A stretch of DNA of 64,000 nucleotides from Calditrichaceae bacterium (GTDB taxonomy: Bacteria > Calditrichota > Calditrichia > Calditrichales > JBFXGD01): contig JBFXLE010000016.1 of the NCBI GenBank assembly GCA_050173015.1, positions 31,188 to 95,187 of the forward strand, read 5' to 3'. The notes beneath the pieces are model-generated. The model saw only the letters and a list, made by a program, of their open reading frames with translations, had not been told where the DNA came from and ran no database searches. Every line of letters begins with the position of its first letter. The stretch's first letter is position 1. This document shows positions 10,178-20,695 of the stretch, piece by piece. The translations under genes and the position numbers were made by a program.

Positions 10178-11092
10178 TCAGATATTCTTGAGTAACTTTT
10201 TTGAATTAAGATACTGATTTAAAAATTGCTCAAGAGCTTTAATGCCGATCAATGGATAATCAGCTGTTGGTAAGATCGTCACATGATCATTTTTAAAATG
10301 TTTTGAAATACTTTTGACGTTCACGGTATGGTCATACCGGTTGATGAAAATGCTGTTTATCTCAACCTTAATTTCCTTCAATTTGTTCTGAATCAATGCT
10401 GATTCCGCGAGAGAAAGACGGTCAGGATTTAAAACCAGATTGATTTTACTCGCTTTTTTATTTTCAAAGTGCTCTTTTGTTTTCTGATATCTAGCGATCA
10501 GAATATTTAATTTATTGATAACCCTGTCTTTTTCGAATTCCTTTTTTCCGAACTTTATTCTGGTGACTAATTCCTTTTTTAAGATTAATTCTTTTCTTAA
10601 CTCCAGTAATCTCCTCAGCCAGATCAAAGACAGTCCCGGCAGCGCGAAGAACTTCAGAGTAAGCGCTGTAGGAGGCATATCAAACAAGAAAAAGTCAAAT
10701 CCTTCTTCATTTTTAATGATACTATCAAAGGCCAGAAGCAGGGCATATTCTTCAATCCCGGGTGAATATTTAATTGTTGAAAAATATTTTTCCAGATTGT
10801 ATGCCGTTAAATATCCGTAAGCCTTATACATCTGTTTTTCAACATCACTCAAATACCTTTTAACCCAGTAGTCCAGATCCACCTCTTTGATCGATAAATT
10901 CCTGCGCACTTCGACAGATTTTTCGGCAAGTTTTGTTTCAAATATATCCGATTGGTTGTGAGCGGGATCCATTGAAATCAAGAGTACACGGTGATTATTC
11001 TGTGCCAGGGCGAGCGCGATAAGGGCGGAAGCAGTTGATTTCCCCACACCGCCTTTACCTAAAAAAAAGATTGACTTGTTTGTTTTTGACAT
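10178..11092 (-). CDS. ArsA/GET3 family ATPase (single domain)
   Basis: GKGGVGKS, SMDPAH, SPGIEE, DMPPT motifs. Confidence 0.9.
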   Translation of the reverse strand: MSKTNKSIFFLGKGGVGKSTASALIALALAQNNHRVLLISMDPAHNQSDIFETKLAEKSVEVRRNLSIKEVDLDYWVKRYLSDVEKQMYKAYGYLTAYNLEKYFSTIKYSPGIEEYALLLAFDSIIKNEEGFDFFLFDMPPTALTLKFFALPGLSLIWLRRLLELRKELILKKELVTRIKFGKKEFEKDRVINKLNILIARYQKTKEHFENKKASKINLVLNPDRLSLAESALIQNKLKEIKVEINSIFINRYDHTVNVKSISKHFKNDHVTILPTADYPLIGIKALEQFLNQYLNSKKLLKNI

Positions 11093-11095
11093 ATA

Positions 11096-11401
11096 TTATC
11101 CTACATCAAAACCCGAAAAAAGCTCCGACATCGGTGCGTGCGCCGTGTCAATTTTATTTAACATTACCAAAAATTCTTTATCCAGTTCAGGAATCAGATC
11201 AAGAGTGATCTGCATCGGCGGCGACGGGAGTCCGATAAAAGATCCTAACACAAGCATACCAAAAATATTTTCTAATTCTGTTAATTCCATTTCTATGATC
11301 TCTGTCGCTTTGTAACGTGAAATTTCTCCAATCGTATTTTTCTGTCTAAGAAGGAAAGCCCACATTTTTTTTACTCTATTTCCTTTTTTAATTGAGTCCA
11401 C
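11096..11401 (-). CDS. Small hypothetical protein in the cstA-ArsA cluster
   Basis: Probable GTG start at 11401 after GAAAGG; contains ELTELENIFGMLVLGSFIGLPSPP; tightly coupled to neighbours. Confidence 0.65.
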   Translation of the reverse strand: MDSIKKGNRVKKMWAFLLRQKNTIGEISRYKATEIIEMELTELENIFGMLVLGSFIGLPSPPMQITLDLIPELDKEFLVMLNKIDTAHAPMSELFSGFDVG

Positions 11402-11408
11402 CCTTTCT

Positions 11409-11864
11409 TTATCTCTTGGTATCAACACGAAAAATCCGTTCCTCCGTGAATATTCTCGTTTTTGACGGATAATAGTAATAAACGGCATAAAATACAAACA
11501 GAGCCGTCCCGGCCAGATGAATTTTATATATATCATAAAGACAAGCGGCAAAGAGGATATAAGCCGATATGGAGGCTATGTATATTGTTGTCTTTTCAAA
11601 TTTTATGAACTCGCCGCGTTCCAGTTTTTTTCGGTGACGAACTCTTCCGATAAACGCCAGTCGATAAACTAACGGGATAATGATAGAAAAAAGGCCCGCA
11701 GAAAAAAACAAAGCAGGTGAAATAAATTCAGCTGTTCCCTCTATCCTTATTTGAGTGGCGCCTGTAAATCTCGCGAAATACAGAATCGCGATTAAAAAAA
11801 ACGGCGGCAATATTAATTTCCGGTAAGTCCCGGATAAAATCGTTCTGTTATCCATTATATTCAT
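11409..11864 (-). CDS. Hypothetical membrane protein (about 4 TM)
   Basis: Four hydrophobic segments ending AVYYYYPS; start uncertain (11864 or 11855). Confidence 0.65.
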   Translation of the reverse strand: MNIMDNRTILSGTYRKLILPPFFLIAILYFARFTGATQIRIEGTAEFISPALFFSAGLFSIIIPLVYRLAFIGRVRHRKKLERGEFIKFEKTTIYIASISAYILFAACLYDIYKIHLAGTALFVFYAVYYYYPSKTRIFTEERIFRVDTKR

Positions 11865-11956
11865 AGTTCTCAATTTTAAAGAATGGGAAATTCGCCTCAA
11901 TCAGATTTACAAAAAAAGCCCGGTTTCAATCCGGGCGAAATTATTTATTTTATCTT

Positions 11957-13702
11957 TCAAACTATATCTACAGTCTCTTCCGTCAATTCCGGAACCCGAT
12001 TTGGAGAGAAAAATTTTATCAACCCCTCCCCTATCACCCATAAAACAATAAAAATAATCACCCCGTTCACTATCTGTAGTAATAAATTTTGGCTTGTTCC
12101 AAACTCTACCTGATTCATGACGGAAGCCCATAGTGTCATCACACTCATAAAAATGGCCGGCACTCCCGCGATCACCCATTTCAGGCCGCCTTTGCTTTTC
12201 AGATATAACGTAATGATGATCAATGCCAGCGCGGCGAGGGTCTGATTAACCGCTCCGAACAACGGCCACAAAGTTAATGCCCCTTTTCCGCTGCTGCCTG
12301 AAGCGAACGCGAGCAAAGCGGCTGTAATTACCACAAAAGCCGTAGAGATATAGCGGTTCCTGAATAGCTCTATTTTCATGTCAGTACCAAGCTCAGTCAC
12401 TACATACCTTTGTATACGCGTCGCCGTATCCAGAGTAGTACCGGCGAAACTGGCGACAAACAATCCCATGACTACGATCCCTATCTGTTTTGGAATACCG
12501 ATGGTGGCCATCATATTCGCGGCCCCTACTACAAACGCGCTGACTTTGGAACCCAAACCGGCAGCGGCGGTCCAGGAAGAATAATGGGTTGACCATGCCT
12601 CGATACCGTACAATGTGGTACCGGCCTGATTGGTATATCCCATTCCAATTCCCGCGGAAACAGCGATGATGACAAGTGTGGCCAGACTGCCTTCGACCAG
12701 CATTGATCCATATCCCACAAACAGGGAATCCGACTCCGATCTTACTTGCTTTGCCGTAGTCCCCGACGCCACCAGCGAATGGAATCCGGAAATGGCGCCG
12801 CAGGCAATGGTAATGAAAAGAAACGGCCACATGGGAGGCGCGTTTTCAGGTGACATTTGCACGGCAGGCGCGACGACTTCCATATTTCCGAATATGGACG
12901 CGCTAAAAGCTCCAAGCCCCAGTAAAACCATCGCCACTATTAACTGATAGGCGTTTATAAAGTCTCTGGGCTGAAGAAGGGTGGTAACCGGCAGGACGGA
13001 GGCGATGTACGCGTAAATCAACAATATGATTGTCCAGATGCCTGTAGGCGCTATGCCAAAGAATGAGGGCATGGCAAGGGGCATATAATTTCCCACGATT
13101 ACAGAACCATACATCACAAAAAGCGCGATGACGGACCAGGTAAATATATTTTTTCCCTTCTTATATATCAGGTGGCCAAGATAAACAGCGATCGGAATTT
13201 GCAGCCAGACCGGAAACACCGAGGACGGATACATATTAAATATGATCGCGATTACGAGACCAAAAATCGATATCACAATCCACAACGCAAGGAAAACGAT
13301 AACAAAGAAAAAGAATCTGGTACGGCTGTTGATATATTTCGCGGTAAATTCCGAAATGGACTTTCCCTGATTTCTTAAAGAGATGACCAACGCTCCAAAA
13401 TCATGCACCGCTCCCATGATCGCCGATCCAAGAAACACCCAGATAAGCGCCGGCAACCATCCCCATATAATAGCGATGGCCGGTCCGACGATAGGCCCCG
13501 TACCAGCGATAGATGTAAAATGATGGCCAAAAATCACTTCCTTTTTTGTGGGAACAAAGTCGATGCCGTCTTCGTATTTTACGGCAGGTGTTTCCGCGTT
13601 CCCGGAAAGATGAAAAATTTTCCTGCTGAGAAACTTTCCGTAAAACCTGTACATAATGATATAGCCGAAAAATACGACTGCCATCATGAGTAAAATTTCC
13701 AT
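11957..13702 (-). CDS. cstA: Carbon starvation protein A (peptide/pyruvate transporter family)
   Basis: DGIDFVPT, FGHHFTSIAGTGPIVGP, GAVHDF, LLQPRD, ACGAISGFHSLV, TTLDTATR. Confidence 0.95.
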   Translation of the reverse strand: MEILLMMAVVFFGYIIMYRFYGKFLSRKIFHLSGNAETPAVKYEDGIDFVPTKKEVIFGHHFTSIAGTGPIVGPAIAIIWGWLPALIWVFLGSAIMGAVHDFGALVISLRNQGKSISEFTAKYINSRTRFFFFVIVFLALWIVISIFGLVIAIIFNMYPSSVFPVWLQIPIAVYLGHLIYKKGKNIFTWSVIALFVMYGSVIVGNYMPLAMPSFFGIAPTGIWTIILLIYAYIASVLPVTTLLQPRDFINAYQLIVAMVLLGLGAFSASIFGNMEVVAPAVQMSPENAPPMWPFLFITIACGAISGFHSLVASGTTAKQVRSESDSLFVGYGSMLVEGSLATLVIIAVSAGIGMGYTNQAGTTLYGIEAWSTHYSSWTAAAGLGSKVSAFVVGAANMMATIGIPKQIGIVVMGLFVASFAGTTLDTATRIQRYVVTELGTDMKIELFRNRYISTAFVVITAALLAFASGSSGKGALTLWPLFGAVNQTLAALALIIITLYLKSKGGLKWVIAGVPAIFMSVMTLWASVMNQVEFGTSQNLLLQIVNGVIIFIVLWVIGEGLIKFFSPNRVPELTEETVDIV

Positions 13703-13998
13703 ATCTCACCTTAATTTCATGAATGGGACAAAGTTCTGATCTATGCCTGTTTCATTAAAACCGTCTTTATAAAGCATGAATTCCGATATCGCTTTATCTT
13801 TAATCATTGAAAAATATAATACAAATCCCTTTTGTTTCAAACGATCAATAATATATTTTTTGGCGATTATCCCACTGAATTTTTATTGAAGTCAAAATGA
13901 CAAAATTTACAACCACACCGGCACATACTTTTACCAAAAAAAAAGACGGCCGGATAATTATCCGCGCCGCCGGTATGAGTGTTACAATAGCATTTTCA

Positions 13999-14958
13999 TT
14001 ATTTCAGAACACCTTTTTCCTTCCAAAACTTCTTCGCGCCCGGATGCAAAGGCGTCACAATTCCTTTGATTCCGTTTTCCGTGCTCATGGCTGTTGCCGA
14101 AACATGGGCTTTCACCATATATTCAAGCCCCTCTTTGTTAAAAATATTTAGTAAAAGTTTATAAACATCGTCGTCGGACACTTTTTTATTCACAACAAGA
14201 ATGGCGGTATCCTGAAATGTGATCACATCTTCAGATTGCCCTTGATAAGTATCAGCCGGAATTATGACTTTTGTAAAATACGGATACTTTTTAAATAATC
14301 CCGCTTCTTCTCCGGCATTGTATGTATTGAGAAGCATAATATCCGTTTTTGACGCGGCGTCACTTACGGAAGCATTTGGGAATCCCGCAAAAACCCAGAA
14401 AGCGTCCAGCTGCCCGTTTACAAAGGCTTCGTCCGCTTCAAGATAACCCAGATTTTCACGCCCCATTTTATCCCAGATGCCAATTTCGCTGAAATAGATC
14501 TCTGCATTTTCGGCAGCGCCGGAGCCTACATTTCCAACACCGACACGTTTATCCAATAGCTCTTTCGGGTGTGTTATACCCGCCTTTTTCTTCACAACCA
14601 GCTGAGCAGGCGCTCCGTAAAGATAGGCTACCGCCATTACATCGTCATATTTGCTTTTGTCGTTCTTTAATTTTCCCTCTTTTGCGTCATAAACATGAGC
14701 GGAATACGCGATCCCAAACCCTGAGCTTCCTGAATTCACCAGACGTATATTTTCAATTGAACCGTTTGAAGACATTGCGAGTATTTTCAGGTTACTTTTT
14801 TTTGCCAGATTCTGTATGGCCTGGGCATAATACTGGAAGGTTCCGCCTGAAGGTCCTCCGGATATTTTATAAACTTGTGAAATAGCAGCTTCGGGGAACA
14901 TCCAGATTGTTGATATGGCAAGAATCATGAAATACTTTAGAAAACGGTTACTCGGCAT
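13999..14958 (-). CDS. TAXI family TRAP solute-binding protein
   Basis: GGPSGGTFQYY, SNGSIENI, IPADTY.GQ, PLHPGA..FW. Confidence 0.92.
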   Translation of the reverse strand: MPSNRFLKYFMILAISTIWMFPEAAISQVYKISGGPSGGTFQYYAQAIQNLAKKSNLKILAMSSNGSIENIRLVNSGSSGFGIAYSAHVYDAKEGKLKNDKSKYDDVMAVAYLYGAPAQLVVKKKAGITHPKELLDKRVGVGNVGSGAAENAEIYFSEIGIWDKMGRENLGYLEADEAFVNGQLDAFWVFAGFPNASVSDAASKTDIMLLNTYNAGEEAGLFKKYPYFTKVIIPADTYQGQSEDVITFQDTAILVVNKKVSDDDVYKLLLNIFNKEGLEYMVKAHVSATAMSTENGIKGIVTPLHPGAKKFWKEKGVLK

Positions 14959-15169
14959 AATTCAACTCCTTTTCTTGGATCAGGCATTCTGGGTTTAATT
15001 TATATGATACAAGTACATTAAATCCATCCTAATTGGAGCCGTCTGTCATAACTTTTCTGGAAATACCCCGCCCCGATGATACTTACTAACCGCGACAGAT
15101 TATTCACGGTTTTATAAAAAGCAATTATTGAAATTCATCTGAATGGCCGTCTGCTTTTTTAAATAAAGC

Positions 15170-15208
15170 AGCCGGTCTGTGATATTAAAAATTAAACACT
15201 GACCGGCT
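15170..15208 (-). terminator. Stem-loop downstream of the CBS/ACT gene
   Basis: AGCCGGTC...GACCGGCT inverted repeat. Confidence 0.5.
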
Positions 15209-15245
15209 TATGTGCAAGTTTAAAAGAAATTATCGTCCCTGAGCA

Positions 15246-15896
15246 TCAATCCACCGTAAGCTCAACGGTTTTATACTCTTTCTTTAATTCCGCGATAATA
15301 CTTTTTAATATCTTTTCATCCGCCTGAAATCTGATGAGAACCTCCCTGCTCCCTTCCGGAAGACCATGCTGAGTTGTGAGAATACTGATACACTTAAAAT
15401 TTTCTTTCCTCATCAGATCGCATACTTCCTTAATGGATCCCGGTGTATCGGGAATGACCAGTGATATCCTGTAAGCCGCGACACGGGCGCCGGTTATGTT
15501 AATCAATGCCTCAAAGATATCCTGTTCCGTCACTATTCCTATTAACTTCTGCTTGTTATCTACAACAGGCAATCCGCCAATTTTATTATCATGCATCAAT
15601 ATTGCCGCCCGCTCGATCGTTGCCTCCGGCAAAACGGTGATGGGTGACCGGGTCATGATATCCTTCACTTTAATTCTCGACATCAGATAATGTAGTTCCC
15701 AGATATCCAGCGAAGAAGCTTTTGACGGTGACGCCTCTTTTAGATCCCGGTCAGAAACAATGCCAACCAGTTTGTCTTTACGCATTACCGGCAAACGGCG
15801 GATCCGGTTTCTCTTAAGCATATTAATCGCCTCAGAAAGTGATTCATTTTCATCTACAGTAATTACTTTTTTACTCATCCATTTATGCACAAGCAT
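15246..15896 (-). CDS. CBS-pair + ACT domain protein (AcuB-like)
   Basis: RRLPV..LVGIVSDRDL, IGGLPVVD..LIGIVTEQD, ACT-like DTPGSI. Confidence 0.9.
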   Translation of the reverse strand: MLVHKWMSKKVITVDENESLSEAINMLKRNRIRRLPVMRKDKLVGIVSDRDLKEASPSKASSLDIWELHYLMSRIKVKDIMTRSPITVLPEATIERAAILMHDNKIGGLPVVDNKQKLIGIVTEQDIFEALINITGARVAAYRISLVIPDTPGSIKEVCDLMRKENFKCISILTTQHGLPEGSREVLIRFQADEKILKSIIAELKKEYKTVELTVD

Positions 15897-15919
15897 AATT
15901 ACTCCTGCTATTCTTTTTA

Positions 15920-16624
15920 CTATATACCCAAATACGCGGACTTGACGTGTTCATTATGTAAAAGTTCCTTACCGGTACCGGAGATTGTTATCTTTCCGTT
16001 CTCCAGAACATAGGCTCGGTCGCAAAATGTCAGAGTGGACTGGACATTTTGTTCGACAAGCAAGACAGTCATTCCATTTTTATTAATATTTCTGATAATA
16101 TTGAAAATTTCCTGGACAAGAACCGGCGCAAGCCCCAGACTTGGTTCATCCAGCATTAAAATTTTAGGCAGGGACATGAGGCCCCGTCCCACAGCCACCA
16201 TCTGCTGCTCTCCCCCGCTTAAGGTACCCGCCAGCTGTTTTCTGCGTTCTTTCAATCTTGGGAACAATCTGTAACATTCTTCAAGTGTTTCAGCGCGCTT
16301 GGTTCTCGCGTCACCGTGAAGGGAACCCATTATTAAATTTTCTTCGACTGTCATCTCATTAAAAAGACGGCGGCCTTCCGGGACATGAACAACTCCCTTC
16401 TTTATAATTTCATCCGGAGCGGTATCTGTCAAACTATCCCCATTGAAGGTAATTTCACCGGAACCTGCTTTTTGTAAGCCTGATATAGTTTTGAGAGTCG
16501 ATGATTTTCCCGCGCCGTTTGCCCCAACCAGAACAACAATTTCCCCATCATTTACATCGAACGTAATATCCCAAAGCGCCTGTAAATCTCCATAACTCAT
16601 ATCAACATTTGTTACCTTAAGCAT
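15920..16624 (-). CDS. livF: Branched-chain amino acid-type ABC ATPase
   Basis: GANGAGKS, VPEGRRLF, LSGGEQQM, DEPSLGLAP, LVEQN. Confidence 0.92.
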   Translation of the reverse strand: MLKVTNVDMSYGDLQALWDITFDVNDGEIVVLVGANGAGKSSTLKTISGLQKAGSGEITFNGDSLTDTAPDEIIKKGVVHVPEGRRLFNEMTVEENLIMGSLHGDARTKRAETLEECYRLFPRLKERRKQLAGTLSGGEQQMVAVGRGLMSLPKILMLDEPSLGLAPVLVQEIFNIIRNINKNGMTVLLVEQNVQSTLTFCDRAYVLENGKITISGTGKELLHNEHVKSAYLGI

Positions 16625-17360
16625 TATAAGGATTCTCCATATTATAATCTGATCCCAGATAAGCCTCGATGACTGTTGGATTTTTTGAAACCTCCGCGGG
16701 TGTTCCTTCTGTTATTGTCGCTCCGTACGCGATAGCATGGATCCGGTCGCTGATGCCCATGATAACTTTCATAATATGCTCAACAATGATGATCGTAATA
16801 CCGAGTTCACGTCTTATTTTATTAATAATATCAATGGCCTCATCCAGTTCCGACGGGTTCAATCCTGCAGCCGTTTCATCCAAAAGAAGTAGCGAAGGCT
16901 TTGTTGCCAGCGCTTTGGCAATTTCCAGTCTTTTCCGCCCGGCTATGGGAAGACTTCCGGCTTTCATTTGACTTACTGAAGATAACTTGCAAAAATCGAC
17001 AACCTCCCGGGCAACATCCCTCGACCTCTTAAAGGTTGACTCGCGCGCGAATGCCGCGGCCATCACATTCTCTTCCACAGTCATTCTCTTCAGCGGTTTT
17101 ACAACCTGAAACGTGCGGCCTATACCAAGTCGGGCAATCTCAAATGTTTTTTTGTTTGTGATATTCTGGCCCTTAAAGATGATTTTACCTGAACTAACGG
17201 GGTAATATTGATTGATAAGATTGAATAAAGTTGTTTTACCGCTGCCATTCGGGCCGATAAGTCCAAAGATCTCTCCCTCCTGAACTTCAAGAGAGACATG
17301 ATTTACGGCCATCAGGCCGCCGAATGATTTTGTGACACTGTCAAGAGTCAGAATACTCAT
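16617..17360 (-). CDS. livG: Branched-chain amino acid-type ABC ATPase
   Basis: FGGLMAV, GPNGSGKT, GIGRTFQ, VEHIM, V.EAYLG. Confidence 0.92.
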   Translation of the reverse strand: MSILTLDSVTKSFGGLMAVNHVSLEVQEGEIFGLIGPNGSGKTTLFNLINQYYPVSSGKIIFKGQNITNKKTFEIARLGIGRTFQVVKPLKRMTVEENVMAAAFARESTFKRSRDVAREVVDFCKLSSVSQMKAGSLPIAGRKRLEIAKALATKPSLLLLDETAAGLNPSELDEAIDIINKIRRELGITIIIVEHIMKVIMGISDRIHAIAYGATITEGTPAEVSKNPTVIEAYLGSDYNMENPYNA

Positions 17361-18352
17361 TATTTTATCTCCGGAACCCTTTTGAACCTAAATTTTTTAG
17401 CTATAATTTTCCAGTCGCCCACGATACCACCGGCCAGATACAGGATCACAAATATTACCAGTAGCCCAAAGACCAATGAGTGAATTCTTGAGACCCAGAT
17501 GGGCGCGAATCCAAAAAACGATGAACGGAAAAGTTCCTGAACAAAAACCATCACAACAGCGCCGACCGCCGGTCCCCAAATCGTTCCTACTCCGCCGATT
17601 ATCCCAACCAGAATGGTGATAATCGAAATATTATGAAGCGCAAAAACCACTTCCGGATCGATAAATCCCATATAGATCATATAAAATGCCCCTGCCGTCC
17701 CTGCCCAGAATGTCGATATGACCGTCGCGACATTCTTGTATTTTTTTGTATCAATCCCAAGCGCTTCCGCGGCATCCTGATCCTCCCTGATGGACAGAAA
17801 GTAGAACCCGGATTTTGATCGCATTACCGCCTTTATGGAAAAAACAGCGCCGGCCGCAAGGAACAAGGCGACAAAATAATAGGGATATTTGCTCACCCAT
17901 GTCGTCATATACAGAATTCCGTTATGTCCGCTTGTCAACCACTCTTCTTCACCAAATATCAACCGCAAAATCTCGGCTGATGCCAGGGTTCCGAGAGCAA
18001 AATAAGGACCCCTCAGCCTGAACACCATAATTCCAAGCAAATACCCTATGAATATGGCCGCAAGACCGCCGGTGAGCAATCCCCACCAGGGTGATATTTT
18101 AAAGTGATAATAGGGTAAAGCCGCCGCGTATGCTCCGATACCGAAATATGCCGCGTGACCAAATGAAACAAGTCCCGTATATCCCGCGAGAAGATTCCAT
18201 GAACTACCAAGAATCACCCACATGAGAATGAATATCAGAAGTCCCTGTATGTATGGGGAGAAGTGAAAAATAAACGGCAGAACAATCGCGACGGCAAGAA
18301 TGCCCAGCTCAACCCGCGATACCCCCGGTAAAATTGATTTTTTTTCAACCAT
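17360..18352 (-). CDS. livM: Branched-chain amino acid-type ABC permease
   Basis: WNLLAGYTGLVSFGHAAYFGIGAY, RLRGPYFALGTL, IREDQDAAEALGI. Confidence 0.92.
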   Translation of the reverse strand: MVEKKSILPGVSRVELGILAVAIVLPFIFHFSPYIQGLLIFILMWVILGSSWNLLAGYTGLVSFGHAAYFGIGAYAAALPYYHFKISPWWGLLTGGLAAIFIGYLLGIMVFRLRGPYFALGTLASAEILRLIFGEEEWLTSGHNGILYMTTWVSKYPYYFVALFLAAGAVFSIKAVMRSKSGFYFLSIREDQDAAEALGIDTKKYKNVATVISTFWAGTAGAFYMIYMGFIDPEVVFALHNISIITILVGIIGGVGTIWGPAVGAVVMVFVQELFRSSFFGFAPIWVSRIHSLVFGLLVIFVILYLAGGIVGDWKIIAKKFRFKRVPEIK

Positions 18353-18361
18353 TTTCAGTAC

Positions 18362-19237
18362 CTATACCTTTGTCAATCGTTTTAAACCACCAGGAAAAAA
18401 CACCAGTACAAGAAGGAAAATTATAAGTCCAACCGCGTCACGATAGCCCATAGAGATGTAAGTCGCGCCAAAAGTTTCAGCGATCCCCAGGACAATACCG
18501 CCCGCGATTGCGCCGACGGTCGAACCTAATCCTCCCAGAATAGTGATTACAAAAGCCTTCACGGTGAAAATAGGACCGACATCCGGATATAAATAATATA
18601 CCGGCAGAAGCAGTGATCCCGCGGCCGCATCCAAAGCGCTTCCCAGCCCATATGTGAGGATCGTGATCTTTCCCGCGCTCACTCCCATCAACGTTGCCGC
18701 CTCTTTATCCTGCGCGGTGGCCCTTATTGATCGTCCCAGGTCCGTTTTTATCAGCATCCAGAACAAACTGACAGTAAGAAAAATAGCTATAATAAACGCG
18801 ATGACTAAAGGCGCGTGGAATGAGATTCCTGAAAAATGCCAGGCAATATCAGTATAGGATGTCTGAATAGAACGATAATCACTTGAGAAAATCGAACGGG
18901 CCAGTTCCACCAGCACCATACCAATACCCACAGTCATGAGCACCTGATTTTCAGGCAGTATTGAATCTTTTTTTATCAGAGGGTGCAAAAGATACTTGCT
19001 GAGACCTTCCGCGAATAGAAATACTAACGGAATAGTAATGAATATGGATATATATGGATCGAGGCCGACAAATTTCCACAATACCCAGGTAATATACATG
19101 GCAACCATGAGAATCTGCCCATGAGCCAGATTTATAATCCCGAGCACGCCCATAATCAGCGTCATCCCTATTCCGATAATCGCGTATAAACCGCCGATAA
19201 GCAATCCTGACACGAGTGTTTGCAAAAATAATTCCAT
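18362..19237 (-). CDS. livH: Branched-chain amino acid-type ABC permease
   Basis: GMTLIMGVLGIINLAHG, GRSIRATAQD..AA.LMGV, ILGGLGS. Confidence 0.92.
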   Translation of the reverse strand: MELFLQTLVSGLLIGGLYAIIGIGMTLIMGVLGIINLAHGQILMVAMYITWVLWKFVGLDPYISIFITIPLVFLFAEGLSKYLLHPLIKKDSILPENQVLMTVGIGMVLVELARSIFSSDYRSIQTSYTDIAWHFSGISFHAPLVIAFIIAIFLTVSLFWMLIKTDLGRSIRATAQDKEAATLMGVSAGKITILTYGLGSALDAAAGSLLLPVYYLYPDVGPIFTVKAFVITILGGLGSTVGAIAGGIVLGIAETFGATYISMGYRDAVGLIIFLLVLVFFPGGLKRLTKV

Positions 19238-19267
19238 CAACAACCCCAAAAAAGTTGGATTAGTAGA

Positions 19268-19332
19268 GGAGGAGAAAAAAACCGGTTATAAATCTGCTGA
19301 GAACGACCATGAAGAATAACCGGCTCTCCTCC
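19268..19332 (-). other. Intercistronic stem-loop between the SBP and permease genes
   Basis: GGAGGAGA..CCGGTTAT / ATAACCGG.TCTCCTCC inverted repeat; position typical of an mRNA-stabilising or attenuating hairpin. Confidence 0.55.
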
Positions 19333-19345
19333 GAATCACCAAACA

Positions 19346-20584
19346 TCAATTAGCCCAAATCGTTTTCCAGTCAATCGGATAGTTGAACTCAGCATTCGCC
19401 AAGGCTCTCGGCCATATAAGCTTCAATTCATCGTCAACCCATTGTACTACATAGGTATCCATTTTATTCTGGTGAATTTTATTGCCGTATGAAACAAATT
19501 TCACCGGACCGAACACGGTCATCATATCCGTATTATCAAGCGCTTTTTTGATGGATTCCGAATCGTATTTGCCTTCACAGCGCTTCAACACGTCCTCGAC
19601 CACCTGGGCCGCGGCATACGCTTCCGCACCGTGGTAATCGGGTCCGTCGCCACCGAATTTAGAAATGTAATCATCAAAATATTCTTTAGCGCCGGGAATG
19701 GGCAGAGTCTCATGCCATAATGTGGCGGAAAGAACCATTTTCGAAGCCGCTCCCGCGTTTTCCTTAAATGCCGGCATTGTATAACCCGCTCCGGCCCCCA
19801 CGAACAGTTTGGGCTGGAAATCCAATTCACGGGATTGTTTCATTAATAACGCCGCGTCCATAACATATGAAATCATATACATCATATCAGGATTAGATTT
19901 TTTCGCATTCATCAGTAATGGTTTAAAATCAACTGTCCCGCTTGAATACGAATCCAATCCCTTTACTTCGATTCCAAGTTTTTCACTTGATTCTTTAAAC
20001 GAATCCGCGCCTTTGGTACCGAACGCCGTGTTTTCGTGGAGAATATAAACAGACTTTGGTTTAACAACTTCCGTCAGTAATCCCTCCAGGCCTGATGCGT
20101 ATTCCGATACCGGTGGATTGAGTCGGTAAACATAAAACCTGTCACCGTCATTTACGGTCAGGTTAAAGTCTTCGGGCTGAGTAATTTTGTCCACAGAACC
20201 GGTATTCACCAGAAATGGAATTCTGTACTGCTGAGCGACCGCGGCGGCGGCGAAAGTAACCGAAGAACTGTATCCGCCTGCAATGAGCGGCACTTTATTT
20301 ACATTAATCAGTTTTTCCGCGGCTGATCGCCCCACATCGGGTTTACCCGTATCGTCTTCATAAACAAATTCCAGCATCCTGCCGTTGATACCACCCGCGG
20401 CGTTAATTTTATCTTTTGCCATTTCATAGGAGTTTTTCTCCATTTCACCAAAATTCGCCTGAGAACCGGTTAACGGAAGCAAAACACCGATTGTGATTGG
20501 ACCGCTTTCTTTTTTGGCGCATCCGTCGAGTCCAATCATCATAAAAATGATAGAAGCAATAACCAGAATCTTAAAAATCTTCAT
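19346..20584 (-). CDS. ABC substrate-binding lipoprotein, LivK/LivJ family
   Basis: Signal with Cys (LDGC), IGVLLPLTG, INAAGGINGR..EDD, GGYSSS. Confidence 0.92.
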   Translation of the reverse strand: MKIFKILVIASIIFMMIGLDGCAKKESGPITIGVLLPLTGSQANFGEMEKNSYEMAKDKINAAGGINGRMLEFVYEDDTGKPDVGRSAAEKLINVNKVPLIAGGYSSSVTFAAAAVAQQYRIPFLVNTGSVDKITQPEDFNLTVNDGDRFYVYRLNPPVSEYASGLEGLLTEVVKPKSVYILHENTAFGTKGADSFKESSEKLGIEVKGLDSYSSGTVDFKPLLMNAKKSNPDMMYMISYVMDAALLMKQSRELDFQPKLFVGAGAGYTMPAFKENAGAASKMVLSATLWHETLPIPGAKEYFDDYISKFGGDGPDYHGAEAYAAAQVVEDVLKRCEGKYDSESIKKALDNTDMMTVFGPVKFVSYGNKIHQNKMDTYVVQWVDDELKLIWPRALANAEFNYPIDWKTIWAN

Positions 20585-20659
20585 GTTACCCCCACCCGGG
20601 TATCCCGGGTTTAAATTTTTGAATAAATGAGGAAGGTTCTGTTATTTATAAATAAAAAT

Positions 20660-20686
20660 CAGGGGACTGTTCTGAAAAGCCCCCTG
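20660..20686 (-). terminator. Terminator-like hairpin after the porin gene
   Basis: CAGGGG...CCCCTG stem followed by a U-rich tract on the minus strand. Confidence 0.55.
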
Positions 20687-20695
20687 GAAAGTGAA

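Noticed and set aside
10178-11092. Arsenic-resistance ArsA
   Set aside because: Single domain, no metalloid-binding Cys, and no ars operon genes nearby
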